The position numbers were made by a program, and so were the translations under genes. The notes under the pieces are model-generated. The model searched no databases. It saw only the letters and a list, made by a program, of their open reading frames with translations, and was not told the origin of the DNA. A stretch of DNA of 63,619 bases, filler included, from Thraustochytrium aureum (taxonomy: Eukaryota): assembly GCA_012862495.1 (NCBI GenBank). It is 4 parts of 4 records of this genome, joined end to end, with 100 filler letters (N's around TTAATTAATTAA, not from the genome) between each part and the next. Parts side by side here need not be neighbours in the genome. Positions count along the whole stretch, not along the records: positions 1 to 31,805 come from BLSG01000407.1; 3 more parts are not named here. The stretch is one strand, 5' to 3'. Positions 1-10,559 of this stretch are shown piece after piece (the first letter of the stretch is position 1; every line of letters begins with the position of its first letter).

Positions 1-461
1 ACAACGTGACGTGGTTCGGTCCCCTCGATCATCGTTGACGAGCAGACGCACAACGAAGCACATTTCGACGCCAAAGCGCCGCGGTCGATCGTGCTGCTGC
101 TGCTACTGCTGCTGCTTTGGCATCAGTGTTCACGGTTGTTGCTCTGTTTCTCCTGGGCCTGGCCACTGTCTGTCTGTCTGTCTATCTGGCTGGCTGGCCG
201 GCTGGCTGCGTGGCGTTGGTTGCCTACTGTTTTCGGACGGCCGCGGCCGCCGAGGTGGCCGTCCAACGCTGCTGGACCTGGCCGCGCTGTGCGCTCGGGA
301 AAAGGACGGCTCCATCGGGCTGGCGCCACGTGGGCTGTTTTGCTGGCAGCGCCGATTTTCCGGGCGCGAAGTGACCTGGAACGGACCGGAGCAAAAGGCT
401 GGCAAGCCCGCCTGCCTGCCTGCCTGCGTGCTGAGCTGAGCTGAGCTGAGCTGACGCAGGC

Positions 462-1933
462 ATGAGGGCCGGGCACGCGGTTGTGGCAGCCCTCGCAGCG
501 TGCGTCTTTGCGACGACGCATGGGCGGGAAGGCAAGCCTGCAACCGACGAGGACGACGTGGTCGCTGTCGCTTTTTTCACAGGCACGGCGACAGGTCGCC
601 GTACTTTGAGATGCCGAACGACGCGGAGAATAACAGGAAATGGGGCAGCGGACCCGGGATGCTGACCGAAAAAGGCATGCTCCAGCTCGAGCGCCTTGGC
701 GCAGTGTTTCGGGACCGGTACCTGCTTGGAAAACCCTACAGCGTGGCCAGCCCCAGCTACCAGCGCGGAGAGTACTTTGCGCGGTCGACAGACATGGACC
801 GGACCATCGAGTCCGCGATGAGCTTTCAGAGCGGACTCTACCCAGACGGCGCTGGCGTTCTCAACAACAAGGCCCGCCCCATCCCGGTGCACACGATGCC
901 GCTGGAGCTCGACTCGCTGCTACTCGCGTTTCAAGGCTACCAGTGCCCGCGATTCTTGGAGCTCGTCCACGAGACGACTCTGTCAGACGAGTGGGTCGCA
1001 AAATCAAACGAGTCCGCCGCGATCCGGGAGAAGGCTGCCATTTACAGCGGGTACGAGCCCTGGACGCTCACGCTCCGCAACATCAGCGTCGTCGCAGACC
1101 CGCTTTTTTGCGAATCTGCGCACGGCATGCCGCTTTTGCCGGCGTTCCGTCGGGACCCGGTGCTCGTCGCCGCGCTGTTTGCCCTCGAGGACTTTACGCT
1201 CCGCCCGCTGTACGCGCGAACCGCGGAGATGCGCAAGCTGGCGGGCGGAAACATGCTGGCGCAGGTGATTTCTCGATTCCAGAAGCGGGCGGGTGCCAAG
1301 GTCACCGTGCCGGTCTTCCCCACCGGCGACACGCCGTACTTGGAGGACGGCACCAAGTCGGACACGGTGCGCATCTCGCACTTTAGCGCGCACGACACGA
1401 CGCTAGTGAGCTTGCTCGGCGCGCTCGGAGCTTTCGATGACGTTAATCCGCCGTACGCCTCGTCGGTGGTCTTTGAGCTCGTTCGTCGGGGCGGTGCGTT
1501 TTTCGTTCGGACCTTTTACAACAAGGGGCCAGACCACGCCTTCGAGCAGGCGCCGCTCCGGCTTTGCGGCGGTTCCGCAGATCTCTGCCCGCTCAAGACG
1601 TTTGCCGACACGTTTTCGCGCGTAGTGGCGCCAGACTTTGCCGCCGCTTGCAAGGCGCGCGGCCCGGGCATGGTCGCAAACGAGACGCGCTCTGGCGACG
1701 CGCCGCCGCGGCCGCTCCACGCGACCCACGCCAAGTCAGAGGGCGCGGGCCTGTATGGAGCGATCGGGGTCCTCTCTACGCTGCTCGTCATGCTTGTGCT
1801 CTGCGCTTGTGGGCGCCACAGGGCGCCAGCTGACGGCGGCACATTTGCCTCTGTGCTCTCCAAGTACGACTCGGTACCGATACGGCACCGCAACGACTCG
1901 GCGCAAGGCGCATACCTAGCCGACCGCGCCTGA
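462..1933 (+). CDS. Histidine acid phosphatase (lysosomal/prostatic-type) with signal peptide and C-terminal TM anchor; apparent 1-nt frameshift at T6 572-577
   Basis: RHGDRSP catalytic motif, ARSTDMDRTIESA, SAHDTT (HD motif) and PPYAS are present. ATG 462 gives the signal-like MRAGHAVVAALAACVF..DDVVAVAFF, which joins HRHGDR if one T is added. TM segment GLYGAIGVLSTLLVMLVLCACG lies near the C-terminus. Confidence 0.9.
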
Positions 1934-2050
1934 GGGCCGCGCCTCGGGGCCGCGCCTACCGGTAGGGCGTTTGTTTTACTGTGAATGCGACCAACGCGAA
2001 AATGTTACAGATGCTTTCGATTGATTGTGCAGTTTGTCGACCATGCGCCT

Positions 2051-2260
2051 TCACGCGGGCTTCTTCCCTGCGTCTAGCGCGAGAGCCACCTTGCTTTCGT
2101 ACAGCTTCCACACGCTGTGCGCCTTGTGGATGGCCGCATGGTGCTCCTCCGCTCGCTCCAGCTCCGAGTTGACCTCCTCGACAACGTCAGCGAGTCTCTC
2201 AACCGAGTTGCAAATCCGGCGAAGCAGCGCCTGCTGCTGCAGCTCATGCGGGTCTGCCAT
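2051..2260 (-). CDS. DAD4: DASH/Dam1 kinetochore complex subunit Dad4 (69 aa)
   Basis: MADPHELQQQALLRRICNSVERLADVVEEVNSEL...VWKLYESKVALAL matches the recalled fungal Dad4 pattern (NPHEEQQxxLLxRIIxNVExLNExVxxLNxxL...WxNYxxNVxFxL) and has the expected length. Confidence 0.82.
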   Translation of the reverse strand: MADPHELQQQALLRRICNSVERLADVVEEVNSELERAEEHHAAIHKAHSVWKLYESKVALALDAGKKPA

Positions 2261-3235
2261 TCGTGCGCGCTCCCTGTCAGCCAACCCAAGCCTGCGTCAC
2301 GCTCTGCAGCGAGCGAGGTGGTCGCCATTTGTTGCCAAGATGCCGCCAACCAGATTCCGAATCCAAACCAACAAAAATCAACGCGTCCCCGCCAGCCAGG
2401 GAGGGCGTTTCAACAAGCAGCGCCCTCGCAGCGGGCGCCGATCAGCCAACCAACTCACTCTGCATCCTGGCACCTGCCAACGCTCTCGGGTCTGCCGCCG
2501 CGCTCGCAACCACTTTTCGGAGTCTGCTCGACGGTTTTCGATTCGAACGAGCGACGAACAAAGCGAGCTTCATCGCCCACACGATAGAAATTCAAGAGAA
2601 AGCCGTTGGGCAACTCCAGAATAGAAAAAAACGCCAAGAAACGCCGCGACATCTTCCTTGTGCAAAGCAAAGAAACTGTGAAACCGGCCTGGTCGGGGCT
2701 GTTCGGGACGCACTTGCCGACGCAAGTCTTTGCAAGAGAACCAGCGACGCAGTGTGTGCTTNNNNNNNNNNNNNNNNNNNNNNNNNNNNNNNNNNNNNNN
2801 NNNNNNNNNNNNNNNNNNNNNNNNNNNNNNNNNNNNNNNNNNNNNNNNNNNNNNNNNNNNNNNNNNNNNNNNNNNNNNNNNNNNNNNNNNNNNNNNNNNN
2901 NNNNNNNNNNNNNNNNNNNNNNNNNNNNNNNNNNNNNNNNNNNNNNNNNNNNNNNNNNNNNNNNNNNNNNNNNNNNNNNNNNNNNNNNNNNNNNNNNNNN
3001 NNNNNNNNNNNNNNNNNNNNNNNNNNNNNNNNNNNNNNNNNNNNNNNNNNNNNNNNNNNNNNNNNNNNNNNNNNNNNNNNNNNNNNNNNNNNNNNNNNNN
3101 NNNNNNNNNNNNNNNNNNNNNNNNNNNNNNNNNNNNNNNNNNNNNNNNNNNNNNNNNNNNNNNNNNNNNNNNNNNNNNNNNNNNNNNNNNNNNNNNNNNN
3201 NNNNNNNNNNNNNNNNNNNNNNNNNNNNNNNNNNN

Positions 3236-3354
3236 CAGACCGATCCAGCAGAGCAGACTCGACCAGACCAGACCAAGACGATAGCGAATCAGATCGGTTC
3301 AGACCAGACCGCCCAAGCAGAGCCCAAGAGCAGACCGGCCCAAACCAAACTAGA
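3236..3354. repeat. Degenerate pentanucleotide (CAGAC-like) microsatellite
   Basis: Period-5 pattern cagac/cagag/caaac running from the gap edge to the ATG at 3355. Confidence 0.6.
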
Positions 3355-4814
3355 ATGGTCGAACGGGCTTCTTCCAGAGGCGGCAAGTCTTGGACTAGAC
3401 GGCCAAGCGCGCTGAAAGTGCTGCTCCTCGCGGGCAAGCTCCTCTCCGTTCTCATGTCACTCCCGCAGATCGCTGTCGGGGTCACCATCTACGCAAATGT
3501 GGCCGGCATCTTGCTCAGCGATCTCTCCTTCGAGTCGCTTTGCCTGGCGGCCAACCCGACGATGGTGATCCAAGGTGCGACCAGCGCCATGAACCAGCGG
3601 TGCATCCTACTCAGCAGCTCGCAAAACATGACGGAATTTGCTGAGATGTGCCCGGGGACAACCTACGACAGGTGCGAAGCTCTGTCGATCATGAACTGGA
3701 TCGGATTCATGTTACGCCCTGTCACGTTTGCCATTCTCGTCTACAGCTACTTGTTTCAAGCACGGTATGTCGTTCTGCAGGCGGTGGACGGGACCAAGGC
3801 GCGGCTCGCACTCCCCACGTCGGTTTGCTCGACTTCATCATGTACACCCTCCAGACCGGGGACGTGCAGAACCCGATCAGCTTGGTTTCCGCGGTTTCGT
3901 TCATTTCGTACCTCAAGGAAACGACAGCCTACTTCTTGGGGCTTCCGGACTCGCCGCCGTGGCTCATCGTCGTACTTGGTTTGGCACACTGCGCCGCCTG
4001 CGCAGAGGGCCTCCTGATTGTTGGCTTCATTCTCATCAAAATGCACAATGGCGTTGGAAGGCATGCGCGCGTGCTCGCCGTTCTGAATTTCGACCGACTT
4101 GCTCTGCTGCTCGCGCCCTTGTCAACCGCCTGGGTGCTTGCGCAACTCGGCAGCTACGGGGTGTTGAGTGTGATCCATATGATCGTCATGCCCATGAGCG
4201 GCCATTTATATCTCATTTGCGTCTTGGGCTACCCGATCTCTACCGTTTTGTGCGCGATTGGGAACGCCAAAACGAAAAGGACGGCTCTTGTTCTGAAAAG
4301 CGACGCCGTGGTGCCTGGCGAAATTCACGAGGAATCGGGCTCTTTTCGCAGAGTGCGCGGAACTTGCAGCTTCGTCGAAAGCATTCTGGATATCTCGGCA
4401 GAGGAGCTTTTGTACGTTTTCGAGGTCGAGCAAAGGCGCGCATACCTGACCAATTATGACTTGTTCCGTATGATTTTGAATTCGGACAACAGGATTCGAT
4501 GGTCGTGCAATGATGCACGCAGCGAGCACATCATTGACCGTGGGGTTCCGTGCGGGATTGCTTATGTGGAGAACGGCGACGTGCACGTCCAGCTCAACGA
4601 CGCAGCGCTGCATGGTTCTGCTATCGTTCGAATTGAATTTGAGGCTGCCGTGAAGCGGACCAAGTCTTTTGCGAGGATGCTGGCCGACCGATCACACACA
4701 ACCAGGACTTTGAACGGGTTGAAGCTCACATCCTCCTCGTCGCATGGCACTATCGTTGTGCCAGGACTCCATTCGCCCGGTTTTAGAGTTGCTCCGATGC
4801 GGCTCCGAAAGTAA
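3355..4814 (+). CDS. Uncharacterised multi-pass membrane protein; apparent 1-nt frameshift at C4 3813-3816
   Basis: Two overlapping ORFs rich in hydrophobic helices join as ...ARLALP-HVGLLDFIMY... if one C is added. A soluble C-terminal region follows. Confidence 0.6.
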
Positions 4815-5534
4815 AGGCAAGAACCAAGCAAGAACAATGTTTTTTTTCTCAAGTAGGCCTNNNNNNNNNNNNNNNNNNNNNNNNNNNNNNNNNNNNNNNN
4901 NNNNNNNNNNNNNNNNNNNNNNNNNNNNNNNNNNNNNNNNNNNNNNNNNNNNNNNNNNNNNNNNNNNNNNNNNNNNNNNNNNNNNNNNNNNNNNNNNNNN
5001 NNNNNNNNNNNNNNNNNNNNNNNNNNNNNNNNNNNNNNNNNNNNNNNNNNNNNNNNNNNNNNNNNNNNNNNNNNNNNNNNNNNNNNNNNNNNNNNNNNNN
5101 NNNNNNNNNNNNNNNNNACCACCAGAAAAGGGGCGTCTGTTGTTTCACAACTGAGGTTTCGACTGTCTGCGTTCGAGCTCAGGTCGGCCACATGATCGCG
5201 TCTTGTTGTTGGTCATGAGACCTTGCGCGGCACTTCGGCCGTCGCTGGAACCGTGGTCGGCCCCTTTGCGCCGTTCGGGTTGGACGCAGGAACCAATGCC
5301 TTCACAAATCAGGTGCCAAGCTCTCACGACAACAAGGCCGAAGCGGAGGAGGTCAAGAGCACCCTGCACCTGAGTGCAATCCGCAGCGCTCTCTGCAAGG
5401 CGCATTGGTGCCAGCGCCGCGCGCCGACTATCGGCCTGCAACTCGTTACGGTATGTTGCAGTGTGAGATACCTACTACAGCTGCTATAGCCTGTGCTGGA
5501 CGGGCGGGCGCGAGGCCAGCGACAGCTGCGCCGC

Positions 5535-6599
5535 TCACCTGATATCCGGCTTGCGCCCCTTGTGCACGACGCCAATACTGCCGCCCGTCACCTTTTCGAT
5601 CGTGTAGCCCCAGTTCTCCCAGCCCGGTTCTGCGAGGCTGTCGCCGAGCTTGTCCTGGATGTGCTTTGCCGGGAAGCTGGAGCCGCAACGCGGGCCATAC
5701 TCGGCCTGACAGTCAACGTACATCTTCTCGGCAAGGGCATGGAGCTTGTAGGCGTCGTCATAGTCGGAGCACCCGGGCTTTTCCGAGTGGATTTCGCGCC
5801 CAATACGAAGGTCCTTGTTGTGGAGCTCAATGGCAAACCCGGGGTCAAACGTTTGGTTGAACATGAGCGGCGTCTCCGTCTCGAAAACGTACGAATTGCC
5901 TGCGCTAGCGCGCACGCCGTCGAAGAACGAGTCGAGCTTGACCCCGCCCTTTTTTGCCATCATCGCGGCCTCGCCCGCGGCGATGAGGTGCACAGCTGCG
6001 AGCTGGTTGGTGATGATCTTGACGTGGCTCGCGGTGCCAAAGTCGCCCATGTGGAGCACCGTCGCGGTGTAGCTGTCCATCAAGTGGCGAGCTCGCTCGA
6101 GCACGGCGGGGTCGCCGCCGACCAGCACGGTCATCATCCCCGCTACGAGCAGCTCGTACCCGCCAGTGAGCGGCGCCTCGAGCGAGTGCACGCCGCGCTC
6201 GAACGCCTTGCGGTGCAGGCGCACGGCTTCCTTCGGGTGGGTTGTCGTGTGGTCGAGCCAGAGAGCCCCTTTCTGCAGCGCCTCCAGCAAGCCGGCGTCC
6301 TCCATGACGGCCTTTACGTGCGGCGGCGCAGGCAGCGCGGTCACCAGGACGTCGTGGTCATCGCCGCCAAGGACGTCCGCGACGTGGGGGACCCAGACCG
6401 CGCCCTGTTCCTCAAGTGCGCCTCTGTTGGCTTCGCTTGGGTCGTGGACGCGGACCTGGAAGCCCTTGCGGAGCAGTCCCTGCGCGCAGGCCGCACCGAT
6501 CTGGCCGGCGCCGACCACCGCGACGCGCCTTCCTGGCGCAGCGGCGCTGCTCGAGAGCGCCCGCCGAAGCCCGACCTTGGCAGTCGTTGTCAAGCGCAT
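5535..6599 (-). CDS. NAD(P)-dependent beta-hydroxyacid dehydrogenase (3-hydroxyisobutyrate dehydrogenase family), likely mitochondrial
   Basis: VAVVGAGQIG Rossmann motif, LEAPLTGG substrate motif and GDFGTASHVKIITNQL catalytic Lys motif. The N-terminus is an Arg/Ser-rich transit peptide. Confidence 0.88.
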   Translation of the reverse strand: MRLTTTAKVGLRRALSSSAAAPGRRVAVVGAGQIGAACAQGLLRKGFQVRVHDPSEANRGALEEQGAVWVPHVADVLGGDDHDVLVTALPAPPHVKAVMEDAGLLEALQKGALWLDHTTTHPKEAVRLHRKAFERGVHSLEAPLTGGYELLVAGMMTVLVGGDPAVLERARHLMDSYTATVLHMGDFGTASHVKIITNQLAAVHLIAAGEAAMMAKKGGVKLDSFFDGVRASAGNSYVFETETPLMFNQTFDPGFAIELHNKDLRIGREIHSEKPGCSDYDDAYKLHALAEKMYVDCQAEYGPRCGSSFPAKHIQDKLGDSLAEPGWENWGYTIEKVTGGSIGVVHKGRKPDIR

Positions 6600-6825
6600 T
6601 GCAACGCAACCCTTCCAGCTCTTTACCTTGCGCCGACGCCGAGCAACCGGGGCGCCTCGTCAAATCTGCTGATCAGGGTCTGGCCAGGCCCTGCGGGAGC
6701 GCCTGCCCACGCCAATTCTGCGAGCGAGCCGAGTCTAAACTGTGCGGGACGCTCAGCTCGCGGCGTGCCACTCTCCTCTCTCCATCCTCGGAAGACAACC
6801 GAAACGAAACGAACTCACCCCGTGC

Positions 6826-6826
<1 letters not shown>

Positions 6827-6865
<39 letters not shown>

Positions 6866-6881
6866 GCAGCAGCAGCAGCAG
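6827..6881. repeat. (CAG)n microsatellite
   Basis: Direct observation; a second (CAG)n tract lies at about 7074-7100. Confidence 0.9.
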
Positions 6882-7844
6882 CCTGGCATGATCGCGCGAG
6901 GCGGATGAACGAGCGCAGCCGACGCACGACCAAGGAGGCAGGCACGACTGACGCAAATCTGTCGACCGCCGCACGGCCGGCACGCCTCCCATCGAGATCG
7001 TCGCCACAGTGTCCCCATGCCGCGTCCCAGCACCTGCTGCTCGCGCCCTGCACCGAGGGTACTTCACGCAGGCTGCAGCAGCAGCAGCAGCAGCAGCAGC
7101 CTGAGCCCGCCCTCAACTCAACAATGTCTTGGTATCGCCTGTGCACACCCCGGTGCGTTCGTGTACTAGTAGACGAGTTGNNNNNNNNNNNNNNNNNNNN
7201 NNNNNNNNNNNNNNNNNNNNNNNNNNNNNNNNNNNNNNNNNNNNNNNNNNNNNNNNNNNNNNNNNNNNNNNNNNNNNNNNNNNNNNNNNNNNNNNNNNNN
7301 NNNNNNNNNNNNNNNNNNNNNNNNNNNNNNNNNNNNNNNNNNNNNNNNNNNNNNNNNNNNNNNNNNNNNNNNNNNNNNNNNNNNNNNNNNNNNNNNNNNN
7401 NNNNNNNNNNNNNNNNNNNNNNNNNNNNNNNNNNNNNNNNNNNNNNNNNNNNNNNNNNNNNNNNNNNNNNNNNNNNNNNNNNNNNNNNNNNNNNNNNNNN
7501 NNNNNNNNNNNNNNNNNNNNNNNNNNNNNNNNNNNNNNNNNNNNNNNNNNNNNNNNNNNNNNNNNNNNNNNNNNNNNNNNNNNNNNNNNNNNNNNNNNNN
7601 NNNNNNNNNNNNNNNNNNNNNNNNNNNNNNNNNNNNNNNNNNNNNNNNCCCTGGCCCTGGTCCTGCCTCCAGAGGCGGCCGCCCAGTGCGAGGGACGCCG
7701 AGAGAGGCGCGCCCTTGAACGCGCGGTGCGTAGGAGCGTGCACAGAAGGGCGCTCTGCCAGGCGCGGCTTGGCTGGGCGACTTGGCCGCGGTACGTACTT
7801 TCTGTGCTTTGACGTACTCTACGCAAGGCGCGCGTCGCGGCGCG

Positions 7845-8854
7845 ATGAGCAGCGGCGAGCTGGAGGTGGGCGTACTCGAAGCCCTGGTTGTGGGCAAGGC
7901 CTACGAGGACGCCGAGGCGGTGAGGGGGTTTTGGACGGACTGGGGCGCGAAAGGCATCAACTGGTGCGAGCCGGACTATGTTCATTCGCACTTTGTAGCA
8001 GAGACCTGGAACACGCTCTCGAATGTGGCGTTCATCGCGGCCGGCATTGCGGGGCGGCGGATCGCGGACCGCATGCATCTCCCCAGCAGGTTTTACGCTC
8101 TGAGCTGGTCGCTCATTCTCCTCGGCCTTACTAGCGGGGCTTTTCACGCCTCGCTGCTGTGGGTCAACCAAAAGCTTGACGAGACGTTCGAGAGCGTCTC
8201 GCTGGTCCTCCTCTTCCACACAGACAGGGTAAGTGCCTGCCGCGCGGACGACCTCGACGGAAAATGCAACCGCCCGCTAACCTCGCGCTGCGCTCGCATT
8301 CGCAGGCGTCCCAAGCGCTCCCGCTGCTGCACTCGGCCGTTGTGGCCCTTGGGATTTTCACCATCACGTTTTTCTTGTTCTGCGAGCTTCATCTCATCGG
8401 AATCATTGTGCTGACGCTCTGGAAGGTCAAGAACTGGGTGGACTCTGCCGAGCTGGCAACGCGCGGCAAGGCCGGTCTTCAACGCGCAGTCTGGGTTGCG
8501 GCCGGCTCGGGAATCGTCGGCTTTGCGTGCTGGCTCGTTGACAGGCTCGCCTGTGCGCCGATTCTGAGGCTCGCTGTCAACCCGCAACTCCATGCATGGT
8601 ACGTTTCGCGGCGCCGATCGCTGCGCTGCGCTTGCTTTTTTGGTTGCTGTCCATGAACGCTGACCGGCACTCGTAGGTGGCACTTGCTGTCCGCGATAGC
8701 GCTCTACGAGGGCTTTGTGCTTGCGGCAGCCCTGTACAAGTTCAAGCAGATCCTCGACAACCACCCGGACCGCATCTCCTCGCTGCAGCTCCCTCTGGTG
8801 CGCCCAGGGCCGCTCGGCTTTGACTATCCCGTGGAGCTTAAAGTCAAGCTCTAA
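7845..8854 (+). CDS. Alkaline ceramidase (CREST superfamily); exons 7845-8228, 8306-8598, 8677-8854
   Basis: NWCEPDY, AETWNTLSN, SGAFHASL, QKLDE and QLHAWWH motifs. HAWWH is rebuilt by splicing the GT-AG introns 8229-8305 and 8599-8676, each with a CTRAC branch point. Confidence 0.92.
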
Positions 8855-9497
8855 CAAACTACTCTGCGCAAACCAGGCCTTCCATTGGCTGCTCTTGCAA
8901 GCGCGGCTCGCCATCAGCCTCGCCGAGACGCCGGGAACGTCCAGGCAGGGGTGGAGACCGCGCATGGTTTGGCGAGCGCGGCTGCGTCAACAGCCAAGGC
9001 GAAGCTGCGTCAACAGCCAAGGCGAAGTTGAATGCCCTGACACAGAGCTAGCTGGCTGGCCCAGGGGCCTGCCAGTCTGGCGGGGTTTCTGATGCGAGCG
9101 TTTCGAACGACACGGCTGGCTAACTGAACAAGCTCACGCCGCCATTGGTCGATCACTCCGTTCCACTCCGTCCCTACCCCTGCCCAAAGCGGCGCGCGCG
9201 GCATCCTTGCCAGCTCGAAGCGCCAAGTACCGCCCGTCTAAAACGCGGCGCCTCGCGCGCCTTGGCGGCCTCGGGAGCGTCAACAAGGCGGCGGGAGACC
9301 AGGATCTGCGCGCACTGTGCGCTGGCCGGCCATCTCCCTCGCCCCGACGGCTCTCTCCGGCAGCGCGCGCGAGCGTCGTTACTCGAGGGCCGCGCTCTCC
9401 TGGCGCAGGCGAGCTTCGGTACAGGCAGGCGCCGAGCGCGAGAGGGCGCGAAACGCGGATCGGGGCGCGGATTCAGCGCGCATTGTGGGACGCCGCG

Positions 9498-10387
9498 ATG
9501 AGCTTCCGCCAGCTCCCCAAGGAGCGGCAGCCGGGCGCGCAAGGGTTTCACTCTTCCGCTTCGTTCACCGCGCCCTCCAAGGAAGCGCACCGGCCGGAGG
9601 GCGCTGCGGCGGTCGCGTCGCAGGACGGGTCCATCGGGCACGCCGCCTCAGGCCCCGCGCCCGCCGTGCCTGTGCCAGCTGCCTGGGGAGGCGCGCCGCC
9701 TATGGACCAACCGCGCCTCGGGGAGTTTGAAGCAGGCTCGCGCGCGCACCACTTTGAGCGCAGCCTGGATCGCATCTCAAGCGCGGCAGAGAAGAAGGAG
9801 ATGAACGCCTATGGTGAGTTACCCTTCGCTGTTGAGGCCTGGCAGCGCGCTGGCCGACGGCGCCGGCTGACGCTTGCTGTCTTTGCTGGGCTCGCCTAGG
9901 CGCCAACAAGGACAAAGTGCTTGCGCAGATCGACTCGATCCGCATGCAGCAGATCGACCTATTTCGCCGCCAGATGAAGCTCGAGGTCAAGTAAGTTGTT
10001 GCCCTGCTTGCCGAATGGAGCAAAGTCGCCACGCCGCGTCGGCTGCTGACGAGCGAGCGCCGCGCCAGCCTCTCGGTCGACGAGGGCGACGAGGAGAACG
10101 ACGACGACATGTTCTCCGCTGCGGGCTTCTCAGAAAAGTTTCAGAAGCGCTTCAAGCGCAAGGAGAGGACGCTGGACGCGATACGCAACCAGCTGGAGAG
10201 CCTCTCTGTTCAGATCAAGGAGGTAAACAACCTCAGCACGAGCAGCAAGATGCCGTCCAACCCGGGCCTCGAGGAGGAGGAGGAGGAGGCGGAGGACGGC
10301 GAGGCCACTAGCTCGCGCACGCCGCCTCGGCAAGCGCAAGGCGCTCCGCAGCGGGCCGACAAGACGCCCGCGCCGGCCCCCATGTAG
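9498..10387 (+). CDS. Coiled-coil protein, CCDC28/DUF4061-like; exons 9498-9813, 9900-9990, 10069-10387
   Basis: Introns 9814-9899 (GTGAGT..TAG) and 9991-10068 (GTAAGT..CAG, which removes an in-frame stop) give a continuous ORF. MNAYG..LAQIDSIRMQQIDL..LDAIRNQLESLSVQIKEV resembles CCDC28 by recall only. Confidence 0.6.
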
Positions 10388-10559
10388 ATCCAAACCTGAC
10401 CTAGCGACCCGCTGTTAATTAGTAAGACCCGAAAAGACGCGTCTTGCAACCGGCATCGATCCGCAAGTGCACGTTTGAACTGAACTGGGCGATTGGATTT
10501 GTCTGTCGCGCTGGACTGTCCAAACATCTGAATCTGGCTGGCCCTCTTTGCGCAGCAAA

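Noticed and set aside
571..582. Splice acceptor just before RHGD of the phosphatase
   Set aside because: The ATG-462 frame already provides a signal peptide and the strand preceding RHG, so a T-run indel is the simpler explanation.
3765..3780. 16-nt GTATGT..CAG micro-intron as the cause of the frame break
   Set aside because: Removing it does not reach the downstream frame, whereas a 1-nt homopolymer indel at 3813-3816 does.
5493..6908. Long antisense or alternate-frame ORFs (e.g. 5493-6908 +, 21108-22175 -, 46414-47814 -, 48635-50068 -)
   Set aside because: These are shadow ORFs of real genes caused by high GC3, and they carry no motifs.
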